DNA of 54,136 nt, the filler included, from Sphacelaria rigidula (Eukaryota), in NCBI GenBank assembly GCA_964200075.2. It is 4 parts of 4 records of this genome, joined end to end, with 100 filler letters (N's around TTAATTAATTAA, not from the genome) between each part and the next. Parts side by side here need not be neighbours in the genome. Positions count along the whole stretch, not along the records: positions 1 to 13,462 come from CAXNAA020002872.1; positions 13,563 to 27,022 come from CAXNAA020002873.1; 2 more parts are not named here. The stretch is one strand, 5' to 3'. The position numbers and the translations under genes are program-made. Numbering within the stretch: position 1 is the stretch's first letter; each line of letters begins with the position of its first letter. Positions 12,446-24,960 of this stretch are shown piece after piece. Under the pieces are notes generated by a model. It was not told the origin of the DNA. It worked only from the letters and a program-made list of their open reading frames with translations, and made no database searches.

Positions 12446-13240
12446 GAGCCGAGTGCTCTGTTCTGTACCGATCAAACACGCTGTGAATAGTACGCAATGG
12501 GGCATTTCCACTTTGACACGTCATCGTGGGTAAGTGTGTGTGTGTGCGTGTGTGTGTGTGTGCGCGCGCGCGCGCGCGTGCGCGTGTGTATTTTTAGCTC
12601 TCCCGTACATATACATGTGGCTACCCTGCGAGCAACGTGTCTTCAAAACGTGATGCCGGCGTTGTCTACTCTCGCCAGCTGAGTCACGATAACCCAGCTA
12701 TCTGGACACCACAACACTCCTGCAGGAACTTCCACCTGACGCGGAGGCTTCATTAACCCTCTGACGACGACTGCCAACACCAGGGCGAACTCTTGATTAC
12801 TTGATTTCAACGTACGAAAGCTCCTACTTCTGAAAAATTAAAGGTCCCTCAATATATGCGGCCTAGTAAAGGGTCAAGTATCGACATGTTACGTTACTGC
12901 GCACATTGAGCCGCGGTCACGCAGTGGGTGAGTGGGGGGCTATACTCATGGTGCTGCACGCCGTAGTCATACAACCATTGATTTCGAAGCCCTCCAAAGC
13001 CGGGACGGAGCACGCCGAGTTTTCGCCGGACCAGGCTCGCACTCAAACCACCAAGCGCGAAGCGCCGTGATATCTTCGGCGAGTCTTATGAAGGATGACC
13101 TGCATCCTACCGAGATTTTTTGGACCGAAGCGTACTGATTATCTCACATATAGACAACGGCCTCCGATGAGTGAATCTCTTTCCTGGTATCGCCGCTTCC
13201 GGAGAAGCCACGAATTACACGCTGCCTCACGGTGTCTTAC

Positions 13241-13306
13241 CATGGCGTGGGTGGGGGCGCGCGGCGGTAGTGGTATTACGCAGAACTCCAACATGACTTC
13301 AACATC
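13241..13306 (-). CDS. Probable small exon of the INPP4-like gene (DVEVMLEFCVIPLPPRAPTHAM)
   Basis: GCAG acceptor, ATG|GTAAGA donor, 66 nt; only the phase-0 frame is open, which fits the 11140 exon. No motif support. Confidence 0.5.
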
Positions 13307-13462
13307 CTGCGCTTGAACGAGAATGTATCCCGACTGAAAATTAGGGCTGGAGCCTTACCCGCAACTACACCCATATCCTCTCAACCGGAGCCTTGGGGGG
13401 CAGGGGGTGTACTCATGATCTTACATGCCATAGTCATATGATCATTGACCTCGCATCCCTAC

Positions 13463-13562
13463 NNNNNNNNNNNNNNNNNNNNNNNNNNNNNNNNNNNNNN
13501 NNNNNNTTAATTAATTAANNNNNNNNNNNNNNNNNNNNNNNNNNNNNNNNNNNNNNNNNNNN
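13463..13562. other. Assembly gap with artificial six-frame stop linker
   Basis: N-run, TTAATTAATTAA, N-run; 100 bp total. Confidence 0.95.
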
Positions 13563-13640
13563 TCGCGACCAAGGCGTGCGCAGTGGTCGAACGACAAAGG
13601 CAAGCAACAAATGAGTATGCCCCCCCCCCCCCCCCCCCCC

Positions 13641-14290
13641 TCCAACGTTCCCAGCATGACGCTCTTCGGGAGTCGGTCGTCTCCTGAGCGCACGACCAAC
13701 CCCGCAAAGAGTAGTCTGCGCTTGCGCACGGTGGCTTCGATGATCTCGGTGCAGTCTGTCTCGAGAATGACCTCTATGTCGGACGGAGGGCGGTCCGTGC
13801 GCGTCGTCTTGCTCCACCCGATGCAGCGTGTGAGGACGTAGCGGTGGACCCCGTTGAGCTTGTCGTGGTGCTTCAGCCTCATGTTTCACGTCGCGCACCT
13901 GCACAGGAGGGTCTCGAGGACTTCGGCTTGGAGCAATCGTACTTCATGCCGGAGGGAGAATCCCCGACGGTCGTACATCGATTGGTCATTCCGCCTGTAG
14001 CATCCCCATGCTCGGGACAGACGATCTGCTATCTCGTTGTCTACCTTCCCTTTTTCGCAAATAGTGCCCTTCGAAGTGCACAAACTTGATAGTTTCCTTG
14101 TATATCTGGCCGCGGGCGTTGACCTTGAACGGGCATTCCTCGATCCCATTCGGCCGCAAGCACAAGATCTCTGTGTTCGGCTCCGACACAATCGGTCCAA
14201 ACAAGCCAAAAATGCACACGAGGGTCGACATCATCTTCTCGAAGCTCTCCAGTGACCGCCTAACGATGCCCGCGTCGTCGGCATTTGGCA
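13641..14290 (-). mobile_element. Decayed RTE-like LINE, RT C-terminal half
   Basis: Frameshifted peptides NADDAGIVRRSLESFEKMM (YADD motif), EIADRLSRAW, IEATVRKRRLLFAGLVVRSGDDRLPKSVMLGTL. Confidence 0.85.
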
Positions 14291-14309
14291 TGCTTCACAG
14301 CGGCTCCGT

Positions 14310-16500
14310 GGCCTGCGTCATGGTCAACTGACTTGGTAGAAAAGCAGCTGATGACAACACTGCCTAGAATGACGGCACCTCTCAGCATCGGTCGCCTGCT
14401 TCTCATACAGGTGTCATAGTCCGCCTCGACGTACGCTAACATCTTCACATTGTTCGCATATCCTCGCCGATCTGGGGTACCCTTCCGTTGACTGACATCT
14501 TCGTGCTCAACACCATGTTATCGGGGCGCGAAGTACATTCACTCATAAGTAGCTGTCAACTAATCCGTTCATTTCATGACCGCTTCCTGAGTCTACTGAA
14601 GCGCATGCGGCGATGGCTAGATTGACTGCCCCAGCTGCTCTTTGCCTGATCACGCCTATTCGTCGACTCGATCTTGACGTTCCAAGGTTATCGGCACGGG
14701 TTGAGGGATATGCGTAACATCACACTCCCTATCGGACTTCGTATCGGGCCGGTCACAGCCGTACCGTTTCATGTTACTTTCCTCTCTAATCTGAATGTTC
14801 TGTTTCTCCTTCACTTGGATGCGAGTTATCCTCTTATGGCAGAATATCGCCAGTTTTCTTGCTCCACATGTACCTCGGGGATGATTGTGTGCAACACCCA
14901 GCATTATGCACCTCTCCCCACTCGACTGCAGCGTGTGGGCTTTTGTTACTGTGCGAAGGCATACCCACTGCGCTCAAAAGGTTGTGTCTTCTGCTGGTAA
15001 GGTGGTCCCGTGGGTCACTGTCGTAGGGCGAGATCTCATCCTTAATTTTCGGCCAAACGCAGGCGTCACCGTTTGAAGATCACATGCATAGCCTCCGCCC
15101 AGAGTTTCGCACTTTCTTCTTGAGGTAGTCCAAGACAGCGATCCCCTTTTCGTTGAATATTTCCAGTCGCCGCGCCTCGGTGGTCTCACTGGTCTAAATG
15201 AACTCTCTAGGCCGTAGGAAGGCGGAATCAGATGAATGCGGGGCTCTTTTCACACGTATCTGATTCCGTCGTTGAAAATGTGACGACATGAGTGACAAAT
15301 AAGGAGCTTATTTGACGAAGGTCGACGCGGTGGGGGACAGGGGAGTGCTTATACAATCTGCGATCGAAATGTCAACCGTGTACCGAAGGAGAAGTGGGTT
15401 GATGCCTTGAGACCACGTAGTTGTCAGACGGAGGGGAGGGGTCGGAAGTGTGGCAAAAGACCAAAATATTTCAACACTCTCTCAGCCACCCCGTTGTCCT
15501 GCAGGATCTACGGAGGTTAGTGCCCGTGTCTTGTGCCGAGTCCGTCCGGAAGTTGCTGGTAAGCCCCTCCGAATTTTCGCCCTCGTCGGCTCGGACAGGA
15601 TCGATTTTAAAAACCGGATAGGGTTGCGACTTAAGCGGCGAAGCTCTCCAATGCAATCGGCTGTGTCCCCTTTTGATCCGTAGAATATCATATATTCCGT
15701 GCGGGCAAGAGTCGTAAACAAACTTTCATTGTGGAGCGTAATACACCCATGCTCTGGTACATCATGGGCCCAACAAAGTCGCCGCACGCGCGACCCAACT
15801 TACTTGTCGACCTATTGCTTGTCTATTTACGTCCCAGCGTGCGGCGAGCCTTCACATCAAAGCGCGTTGCACAGGACTTATGTTCATAAGATAGGGTTAT
15901 GCCCACCGTCTTCGTGGTAGCACGTGTTCCGAGCTCGTGGGAGTGGTCCGAAAGTCAGTGGAACTCCATGATGACTCTCTGCTTGTCTGCAGATGCTGGC
16001 GATACCACCGCCTGTGGGGTGACCGCTTTGGTTCCATGTCGAGCAGCCCAGACCTGCCTCGGCGAGAATTTCAATTCCATCTTCGTCGTGTATTGTGTAG
16101 GTACACATGGTTACAGGTTTGGCCGATAGTTTGGGCGTCAACATACCCAACCGTATATCTATCTCAGTCTACCCAACGCATATGGGTAGTATTTGATACG
16201 GAAGTCATCACGTTTTCCCCACCGGACTGCATAGCCAGTGACTCAAGTCTGCCGAATCCCTCGACCGGCATCAAATTGCCACAAAACGCGTGTGGTCTCA
16301 TAACAGGTTCAGCTTCGCAATGATCTCTCAGAATGCCCATGCGCAGAGTCACGTGATTTGCTTCTCCCGAGTCCAATGCCATTGTTCAAAGGTTTCATCC
16401 TTGCTGGAGCTTCAAGCAATGGTCACAAACGTCAGTGCGACTTCAAAAGCCCGCGTTGCACCGAGTAGATTCGACCTAGCGCTGCCTCCGGCTTGTTAGA
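14310..16500 (-). mobile_element. Decayed Ty1/Copia LTR-retrotransposon pol
   Basis: Copia domain order on minus: protease LDSGEANH..GNLMPVEGFG (16164-16382), integrase SKGDTAD / VRADEGE (~15500-15700), RT remnant (~14700-14850), RNase H LAYVEADY..SRRP..GAVILG..ISCFS (14330-14450). Confidence 0.75.
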
Positions 16501-16709
16501 GCCGCGGCTCGAAAAATTACACAATTTCCGCCCCCTTTTGCCACGCTCCCACCATCCGCCATTTTGCTTGTTTTCAACACGGGTACCCTTCCTGTAGTCC
16601 AGCTGGTCTTTCGTCTGTCGAAAGAGTCCTCGCTTCTGTGTCGTGGAGCATTAGCTTGAGTTTAGTGTTGGATTAAACTGCCTCAATGCCCTGCGGTACC
16701 AGCGTTAAA

Positions 16710-17147
16710 CAACCGATTATCGAAATTGAGGATGGAAGTTTTGGGGGGGATGAAAACTCGCAGCATCAAACTCTTAAAACCCACACCTATTCTTCGACAT
16801 ATGGTCCCATTCCTTCACTTTCTGGTTGCTATTAACAACTACTACACGTCATACAAATCTGGATTTCGATAACCGAAATGTTGAGGACCTAGGTGGAAAC
16901 CAATTTTAGGGAATTTCGGCGATCTGATCGGATCACATAAGTTCTCAACAAATTTTTCCTCACCTAGGACCCCAATATGTCGGTTATCAGGATCCGCTTT
17001 TTTAATCCGTGTAGTCGTTGTCAATAGTTATCAGTAGGTGAAGGAATGGAATCATGTTTCGAAGATTTGGTGTGTAAACGAAGATCTTAATTCCTCGGGT
17101 TCTCATCCTCAATGAAAAGCCCCATCCTCAATTTCGGTGATCGGCTG
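16710..17147. mobile_element. Fold-back MITE, copy 1
   Basis: Ends CAACCGATTATCGAAATTGAGGATGG / CCATCCTCAATTTCGGTGATCGGCTG; long imperfect TIRs; interior similar to 52831-53272. Confidence 0.8.
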
Positions 17148-18224
17148 TTGCTACTCATGTCCAACGTAGTGAAAGTCTGCGGGGTGGTAGTGTCGTGAAC
17201 AATTGGTTGGATTCAGTGTACTGAACACTCACTCGGCAGCAGTCTTGTCGACGAAATACCTCCAGTATGCCCTCTCCCCCTTCCTTGCCTATCCCCCACC
17301 CACATAGTATTTTGGCCGAGAGGGAGGGGGCGGGGGCGGTTCACAACCTGTGTCAGCAGGACCCCTTTGCATAGCGTGCATATCAAAATCTGAAAATGGG
17401 ATCATAAGGTCTGGCATTTCACGAAACTTCTCAACAAGCGAGACTGGTGACAAATAATGTCTCATTCTATGGCAATCATGCCGGTAGCCTCTATTCTGCA
17501 CTCATGCCATTCCATTTTGAATTTACACTCAAATTACCCACGTTCAAGACCACCCGGTATTGTACGTAATGCTATGGGAAAAAACGGTCGGATTTCTCGA
17601 TGTACCGGGTTCCGAAAACGCCTTCGAGACACCGTATAGTGCACAAGTATAAAAAAACAACGGCCGGCCGACACCAAAATCTATTCGTGAGATCGTCGTG
17701 CATACGATGAGTCGCAGCTGTCCATTGCAGGGTTTCTTCTCTGGACCCCCCGAAAAAACCCGTATCATATTTTGATATGCCAACCTCCTTCCATTTGAAC
17801 CAAGCCTTTTATCACGAGATATCTCCAGACAGTAGTTCCGCTGACAGTCCTACTCTTTTGCCCGTTGCAGTACGTGCTCACTGCGACGTAACCATGCACT
17901 GAGATAAAGTAACTTGTACCCCGCGCTACCCTCTAGCGACCATCCCTTGGGGCACTGAGATGAAGTTATGTGTTGGTACTGAACTGAGTCCAAGTACTCG
18001 GGCAACCGCCCCCCCTCCGCCCTTGCGCCTCCCTCTCGAATTTTGATACTCTGGGGGGTTGCGTGCTTTCATAAGTTGGATTCATACGGTAAAGTGCGCA
18101 TGCGCTACTGATGGCGAAACGACATGGTCGAACGAAAGCGTAAAGAAGCAAGTCTAACCTCAGGATCCTTATATTTTCGATGGTCATCGCGGATTCTCGC
18201 GCCGTGTTGATTGATCAGTTGGAT

Positions 18225-18536
18225 GATTTTGTTTTATTTTATTTGTCGCACTTTGAACCCCTCTCCTGTCTCGGGACGTGTCCGTGGTCTCAAGGGATCG
18301 GCCCATCTCTCCCCGGTACACGCCTTGCATTTTGGCCTCGCGGATTGCGTCAGCACTCCCGCACCGCGTCAACTCGCGTCAAACAAACTCCGGCAATGAA
18401 TTCGTTTACTCACGTTCTCACGCTTACCACGGTGGAAATCAGACACCACGAAGAAAAAACCCAACACCTCGGGAATCGAACCATCGTTCTCCCTACCCTA
18501 ATTGCTACAGTCGAACCATTACACCACTGGGGCGCG
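18225..18536 (-). mobile_element. tRNA-headed SINE, family 2; its tail recurs at ~190-290, 3525-3615, 11345-11390, 15390-15465, 27235-27300
   Basis: Minus strand reads CCCCAGTGGTGTAATGG (A box)...GGTTCGATTCCC (B box)...GATCCCTTGAGACCACGGACACGTCCCGAG...TTCAAAGTGCGACAAATAAAATAAAA. Confidence 0.7.
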
Positions 18537-18559
18537 GCGGCATGATAACGATCAGTTGA

Positions 18560-20640
18560 TTTTCGCACATGAAGTGATTTCCGATGGACGCAGCCGTGGT
18601 CACAACATTGATGTACTCACGGTAACGTGAAACCGAAGCACTCGCCGAAGGAAGAATCGAAGGAGGAAAAGTGAAGAAAGTGTTAACACTATCTACAATG
18701 GTGTCATCAGTTCCGATTGTGGCAACCAATACGACCTACTCGTCCAAACATGTCTTGTGCATCTTCGCACCTACTCGTTGTTATTGGTGTTTGTATATCT
18801 GCAGTTGATGCAGTTGCGTTTTGTTCCGCTTGTTTCGGAGGAGTTTGCGCTTTGCCAACCGTTTTTGAAAGGCCAGTGCCATGTGATATCGGAGTTTGGA
18901 TACTGGAATGGGAAGCAGGAACGACCTTGCTGCCACGGAATGTGGATTGAGCGGGGTCAAGAGGCGACAGAACCAGCTTCTTAACTGGGCATTTATTTGC
19001 GAAGTCTAAATCGTGTGCGGCGAGGACGGAATGTTTCCCGCTTTTTTGCCTTCGTGGACTGTGAAACGCACCGTGCAAGGAGTCGGCAACGGGATAGCCC
19101 CTTGTACTTGTCGCGATGATAACACTCGGTTTACTACATCAGTTCGCTCGGTTTGTTGCCATGCATGGCTGCCGTGTAATTTTCCGTTTGTACGGAGATT
19201 TTGAAGGCGCCCCCCCTCATTATTATCCTAAAGGGCGCATTTTACCGTTTTGAGTGGTCTCTTTGTCTGTGAATGTCCTCGTTATGTTTTGTGACTCTCC
19301 AACACCAGGAAGGGGCAAGGTGATGTCTTTCACAAGAGCTGTGGGAGCCGGCTGGGTCCTGCTGAGTTCCTGCTTGACGGAGGTCTCTGCGATCTGTGAG
19401 TTTTTCATCGTTTGCGCGTGCGTGATATTTGACAAGCCATTCCACTGAAATCAGCTCTGCTTCATCCTGACGATTGGATGAGATGTATAACAGCCGATCA
19501 TCAAAATGGAGGATAGAGCTTTCCATTAGGGGTCATGACCCGGCTAATTAAAATCTTCGCATCCACGCCAAGTCTTCGAAATATCGATCAATTCCTTCAT
19601 CTCCTGATAGTTATACACAATTACTACACGCCGTCGAAAGTTTTATTCCGATTACCGAAATTTGGGGTTCCTAGGGGATGGAGAAAATATTGGGAATTCA
19701 AGTGATCCAGCCGAATCACACAAATCCCCAGGAATCATTTTTTTCACCTAGGACCCTCAAATTTTGGCCGTCGGGATCAAATTTTTTATGACGTGTAGTA
19801 GTTGTCAATAGCTACCAGGAGATGAAGGAATGGAAACATACTACGAAGAATTGGTGTGGATGCGAAGATTTTCATTTTCCGGGTTATCATCCTCAATGAA
19901 AAGCTCCACCCTCAATTTCGATGATCGGCTGTTGTATATGGTCGTGCCAGTGCACAGGCATCCATACTCATGGACCGATGATACCACCAGCGGCATCGAG
20001 ATGCGGTGACTCTGTGCTGTGCGTGCGCAAGTGCCTGCGCATGAAGTTGACTTGACGCTTCGTACTGCCAGAAGAGGGTGATTGTAATATACTTCGAAGT
20101 ATATATTTTATAGATCAGGCATGTGCTGCTGTTCACGTATATCGGGCTGCCGCGTTGGACCAAGAGGATACCCAACCCGATATATATCCGGCGATGTAAG
20201 TTGATCACCCTGGCATTTGACATATTCGTGGCTTGCTCCCTCCTGATCATGGGCATTGTTTTGAGTATGGAATCAGTACTTCGAGTATATGATCATGACT
20301 TTGTGCAGGGAAGATATGTGCTCCTCCCCTTGGGTGACGACGGAGTCCGTTTTGATTCGAAACTCCATCCAAGCATGTCTTCATCGATCTTGGAATGTCC
20401 GTTGAACCTTAGGATTCGAGCGAATGCCACCCTGATATTACACCAGTAAGTTCTGACGCAAAGGCACGCAGGTCGTTCTCTGCAGCACTTGGTTATTTTG
20501 CCACGCGGACCATAGAAGATGCGAGAGAGGAGGCGATTGTCGTAATCCTGTTGCATAACCAGAGTCCGCCCTTTTTGATATCGGAGAACGCCCTTAACCC
20601 TGATCCAAGTACTGCTAGTCGTGGTCATTACCATGCAGTA
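18560..20640 (-). mobile_element. Second, more heavily decayed Copia-like RT/RNase H remnant
   Basis: Only faint, frameshifted echoes of Copia RT and RNase H motifs in the expected order. Confidence 0.45.
19491..19931. mobile_element. Fold-back MITE, copy 2 (hAT-like), inserted in a Copia RT remnant
   Basis: CAGCCGATCATC...GATGATCGGCTG; 8-bp flanks ATGTATAA / TTGTATAT. Confidence 0.8.
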
Positions 20641-23299
20641 AGTTGCCTCTCGAACATCATTCGCTGATCAACGTTGATAATCGAGAAGCTCTGTCTACGC
20701 TGACGGTACAAACAATGTTCTGGAATAAGTTATGTTCCTTGCAGCATGGAGGGCTAAAATCCACTACCTGAGCAACGATTCCTTACCTTGCGCTGCGATA
20801 TTTGTGTTGTCATCATTTTATGCTTCCGGAAGGTCCGTGGGCAACTGTGTACTCAGATATCTTGGCATTCCTACCAAACGCGTCAAGAATCAGGTTGTCC
20901 TCCGCAGTGTTCCTGCTTTTCTCGATCTTGGAAGCGCCTGCAAAAATCCTCAGTAGCAGGGCTAACATGGAGACACATACATATGGTATGACGACGCTGA
21001 ACTTGACGTGGAATTGTAGTTTTCGAAACCAGAGGAAATGCTCGGATGTGCAAGTCCCACTAGCTCTATACCTCGACCGTACACGCGCGGAACCCCAGTT
21101 GGACTCTAGATGGACAGATTTTTATCGAAGGTTGAAAACGTTTGCTCTTGGTGAAAAAAAGAACGCCTTCATCGAAGAAGCCATTGTCACGATATGCATA
21201 ACGATTATTACGATACGACGCGTCATCTTTTGTGCATAAGCCGCGGCGAGCAACACATTGCCGACTTAGAACAACGAGATTGTCTGCGGTGACTGCGCTA
21301 GCAATTCGTGTGGCCGTGCATGCACGCAGATTCCAGCGTGTACTGCAGGATGATGGATGAAGACACGAAAACGTGCACCCTCCTCCCGTGACCGTAGTAA
21401 GAAGGGCGCTGTGCAAGCTTAGTGGCCGAACCTATCCCTTTTGAAAGACTCTCGCCCGGTGCCCACATCCTTTGAACGTGCCCTACGCCTACGAAATTGA
21501 TCCTCCGATATCTCGGGGGGGCGTTCGGGTGACAAGTTCCACGAAAGGTATTGTGTTAGAAGACTCGTCTCTTGGGCGCGATAGATAATGTGCCGAATGA
21601 ACCCAAAAAGGACCACCTGTATGGGGATGATGATGCCAGAATTGTTTGCGCCGCAGTACCTATGAGCAGGAATCGGGGAGAAACTTTGATTCGTGTGGAA
21701 CAGGGTACGGGATATCCCCGTGTTATTCGGTAGTGGCCGTTAGGTTGTTCTGCGCTCCTGACCAAGGTACTATCGCTGTAGTGATGAGACGATGGCGCGT
21801 CGTGCGCACGTGCCCGTTTGAAGACCGTTGAAACCACGTTGTAGGAAGGGGCAATAGGTGTTCTCTCACTGCGGTGCTACCACGCCTCGAACAGTACTCG
21901 TTCTTTTAACAAGATCTCTGGCATTGGTTGTGTTCCACAGCGTTCATCAGTCAGCAGTCAGTCCACGCATATGCCGCGGGCAGCCCTCCGGTACAGACAA
22001 CGGTTGTACGACGTACTTGTACCAGTCAGCGCCAGCCTACCTCCTTGTACCACATCACGCTGAACTGCTCTGACGATCTGCTAATTTGATTCCCCCACGT
22101 ATACTGAGTAGACGTATACTGAGTTACTACGGATCCAGACGTGGTCAAAAGATCGGCGTAACCAAGGGGAGAAATTGGAATACTAGCTGAAGAAAAACAT
22201 TAGCAAAAAAGAAGATCAAGCATAAACGAGAAGACAGAGTACCCTGAATAAAGAAAAAATGGGGCGAAGAAAAGAAAGAGGAACAAACGAAACGCCAGAC
22301 TAAAATCTAGTAGCGGTGCCGAGATAACCCCCCGACAGGCCGCTGCCGCATGCTTTAAGGATGATAGATCTCGCAAAAACCAAGGCGTTGGGAGTAGGCT
22401 GCGAATCAGCTATTTGGAGACGATCCTACTGCGCAGAGATGTTCACTTGCTAGCTCTGCAAGAGAAAGACGGAAGGCACTAATACAGGTTGGAAAACGAA
22501 GAAAAGATGGGGAAGATGAGACCACGAATAGATAGAGAAGGAAAAGAAATAAGTGGGGAGAGTGCGAGATGGAGTGCAGGAACTGATCAGAAAATGAAAT
22601 AAACAGGAAGAACACAGGGATTGGCATAAAGCATACAGGAAGAGGAGCTAGAGGACATCGCTAGCGTTGCAAGCCAAGGAAAAAAGCCAGTACCCTGTGG
22701 AAATGATGGCTCTATCAGTTTTCAATTATTCCCCCCTTCCCCTCCTCATCCCTAGCCAGCTACAAAGCGGCCACTCTCTCGATCACTTCCATCTTGGATT
22801 CCTCGCGGGCTGTTGTCGCTGTTGCCGTACCATGGGTGACGGCTCTCGTATCGGCCACTCTCGACTTTACATATTTCGCTTGTCGCGTAGGTCGCGTTCT
22901 TGTAGGTCTTCGCGCTGACACGCATCCTCTCACTCCTCTGCCACTTTCTCGTCCCTTGTGAGCCATTTGCCAAGATTACCGCAGCGGCGACCCAATCTTG
23001 AATCCTTGGCCTCCAAACCTCACAAAAGCAACTTCTTCCGCCCTCCTTTGCGTGGGATGAAACCTGAGGCACGGAGCCTCTCCTGGGAGCAGTCCCCGTC
23101 AGTGCTTGGAAGACCGTTCAGCCCCCCGGCGCCCTTGTGCAGCCAACCACCCGAACATGATGCGGTTCGGTAAACATGATTTGCCCGATCAAAATTGACG
23201 CCTTCAGGTGGTTATCTCTATGCGTTCGCATTAGGTAATATCAAGCACATAACTTCCGGGAAGAGTCAAGAGTACTGTGGCCACTACGATCCTTCCAGC

Positions 23300-24960
23300 G
23301 AAGGCCTCCTGCTCGCCGAGCAACTTGTGGGTGGGTGGTTTGCAGGTTCTCGAAGTCCTTTGGATGTAGCGTCTACATAGCACATCCGTACAGCACAGCT
23401 TCCATCACGCCCCGTTTGGGGCAATCGGATATGAAGCGAGAGCCGAGCCTTGGATTGATTGCGTCCTTGAAAGCGATATCGTTTCGAGACATGCCAACGT
23501 GGCGCTGATGCTGCTTGTGGTTTTGATGGAAATATCTGCGTTTGTGCTGATTGTACCGAGGTAGGACAAACTCGGCCGTTTTCGTGTACCTTTGCCCTGC
23601 CACCCGGATGTACGGTTCGGTTTCCAGAAAGCTGAGTACCGACCACAGGCGCATGGCCTCTGTGTTGTTTTCCGATAACGTAAGTGGGGAGTCGTGGCAG
23701 ACCACCACTATCACAGCATCATTCTAGCAAGTCCACCTGGTGATCGCAGGGTCGTGTCTGCGTCATCGGCGTGCAAGGTTCCCCACCCCAAGCGTTGCGC
23801 CCTCTCTGGCATCCTCTCTTCAACGCAGTCACCATCCCCACTTTGTGGCGCATTATTTAGATATCCCGAATCTAAGAATGTGACCGTATCTGCCACGAAA
23901 TGCTGTAAAATCACGTCGACCAATACTGCGTTGAAGATGTCGAGTATAAGCGGGGATGAGACGAACCCTTGCCCGAGTCCCTGACGAATGCGGAACCTCT
24001 CCGATTGTTCGCAGTCATCTACCGGCGTCCAAGTTGGCATGCTGTGATGAAACATACCGTCAGCTCCGATCTTCTGCGGCAGTACTCCAAAAGGGGTAAG
24101 CAGTTTCCACAGGAGCATGTGGTCTACGGAGTTGTATGCCTTCTGCAGGACGGTGAAGGACATCCTTGTTGACTGCTTCGTGGCTAGGGTAGTAAAGGTA
24201 TAAGCGATCCCGCACGGTCATCTGTCTACGATGCGGATCATGACTGTGAAGGACAGAGAGGATGTTTGTGCATAAGGAAGGAGAACACAAACATTGTCTG
24301 GACTAAATTATCGGACGTCTGAAATCCTAAACCAGATACGCCAAAAGATAGTACCGTACGTCATCCTCCAAATGCGAAGAAACCACAACCAATTATGCCC
24401 GAGTTAATCATATCCTGGATCACTGGTTGTCCTGGGCACATAACAACCGACAATCATCAGGTGATTCGTTGCTTGCGCATCCCAACGAAGACCATTTCGG
24501 TGTTCGATCGCTCGCACAGTAATCTGCACCGTCCAGTAAATCTCTGCCCCTTCGAAAAACTTGCTGGGTCTATCGGGTACGAGTTTTGCAATAGAACTTC
24601 ACCAGTATGTGCCATGACAGAGATTCCCTCGTGGTGACCACACTCGGTCCTTATGTTGTTTTTGTGTGAAGCACTGTGGTGTGACGACCTTCCACTCCTG
24701 CGGCACCTTGCCAGACGTAAAAATAGCAGCGATGATGCTGTGGACATGGTGCAGGATCATCGTTCGCTCCCCGACCAATCCAAACTCAAGGCGTTCAGCA
24801 GGTAGCCCATGCGGTCCCATCCTCTCACTGATCATGACTCTCAGTGCCTCTTCTGTTTCGTCCAGGATTGGCGGGTATCCATATGACATGCCGTTCGACA
24901 GCGATGTGATGTTCTCGATGGCTGGCGAATCGAGACTGGCCGATGTATCTGGAAAAGTAA
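23300..24960 (-). mobile_element. Decayed RTE-like LINE reverse transcriptase, interrupted at ~24205-24450
   Basis: Peptides GPHGLPAE, GKVPQEWK, RTECGHHEGISVMAHTGEVLL, LQKAYNSVD, QGLGQGFVSSPLI, LHADDAD..RSPGGLARMM, VMEAVLYGC. Confidence 0.88.

Noticed and set aside
13507..13518. TTAATTAATTAA as a biological motif
   Set aside because: Centred in N-gaps three times; an assembly linker.
16842..17024. Similar 60-aa ORFs here and at 52955-53137 as a small gene family
   Set aside because: Both lie inside copies of the same palindromic MITE and lack an ATG start.
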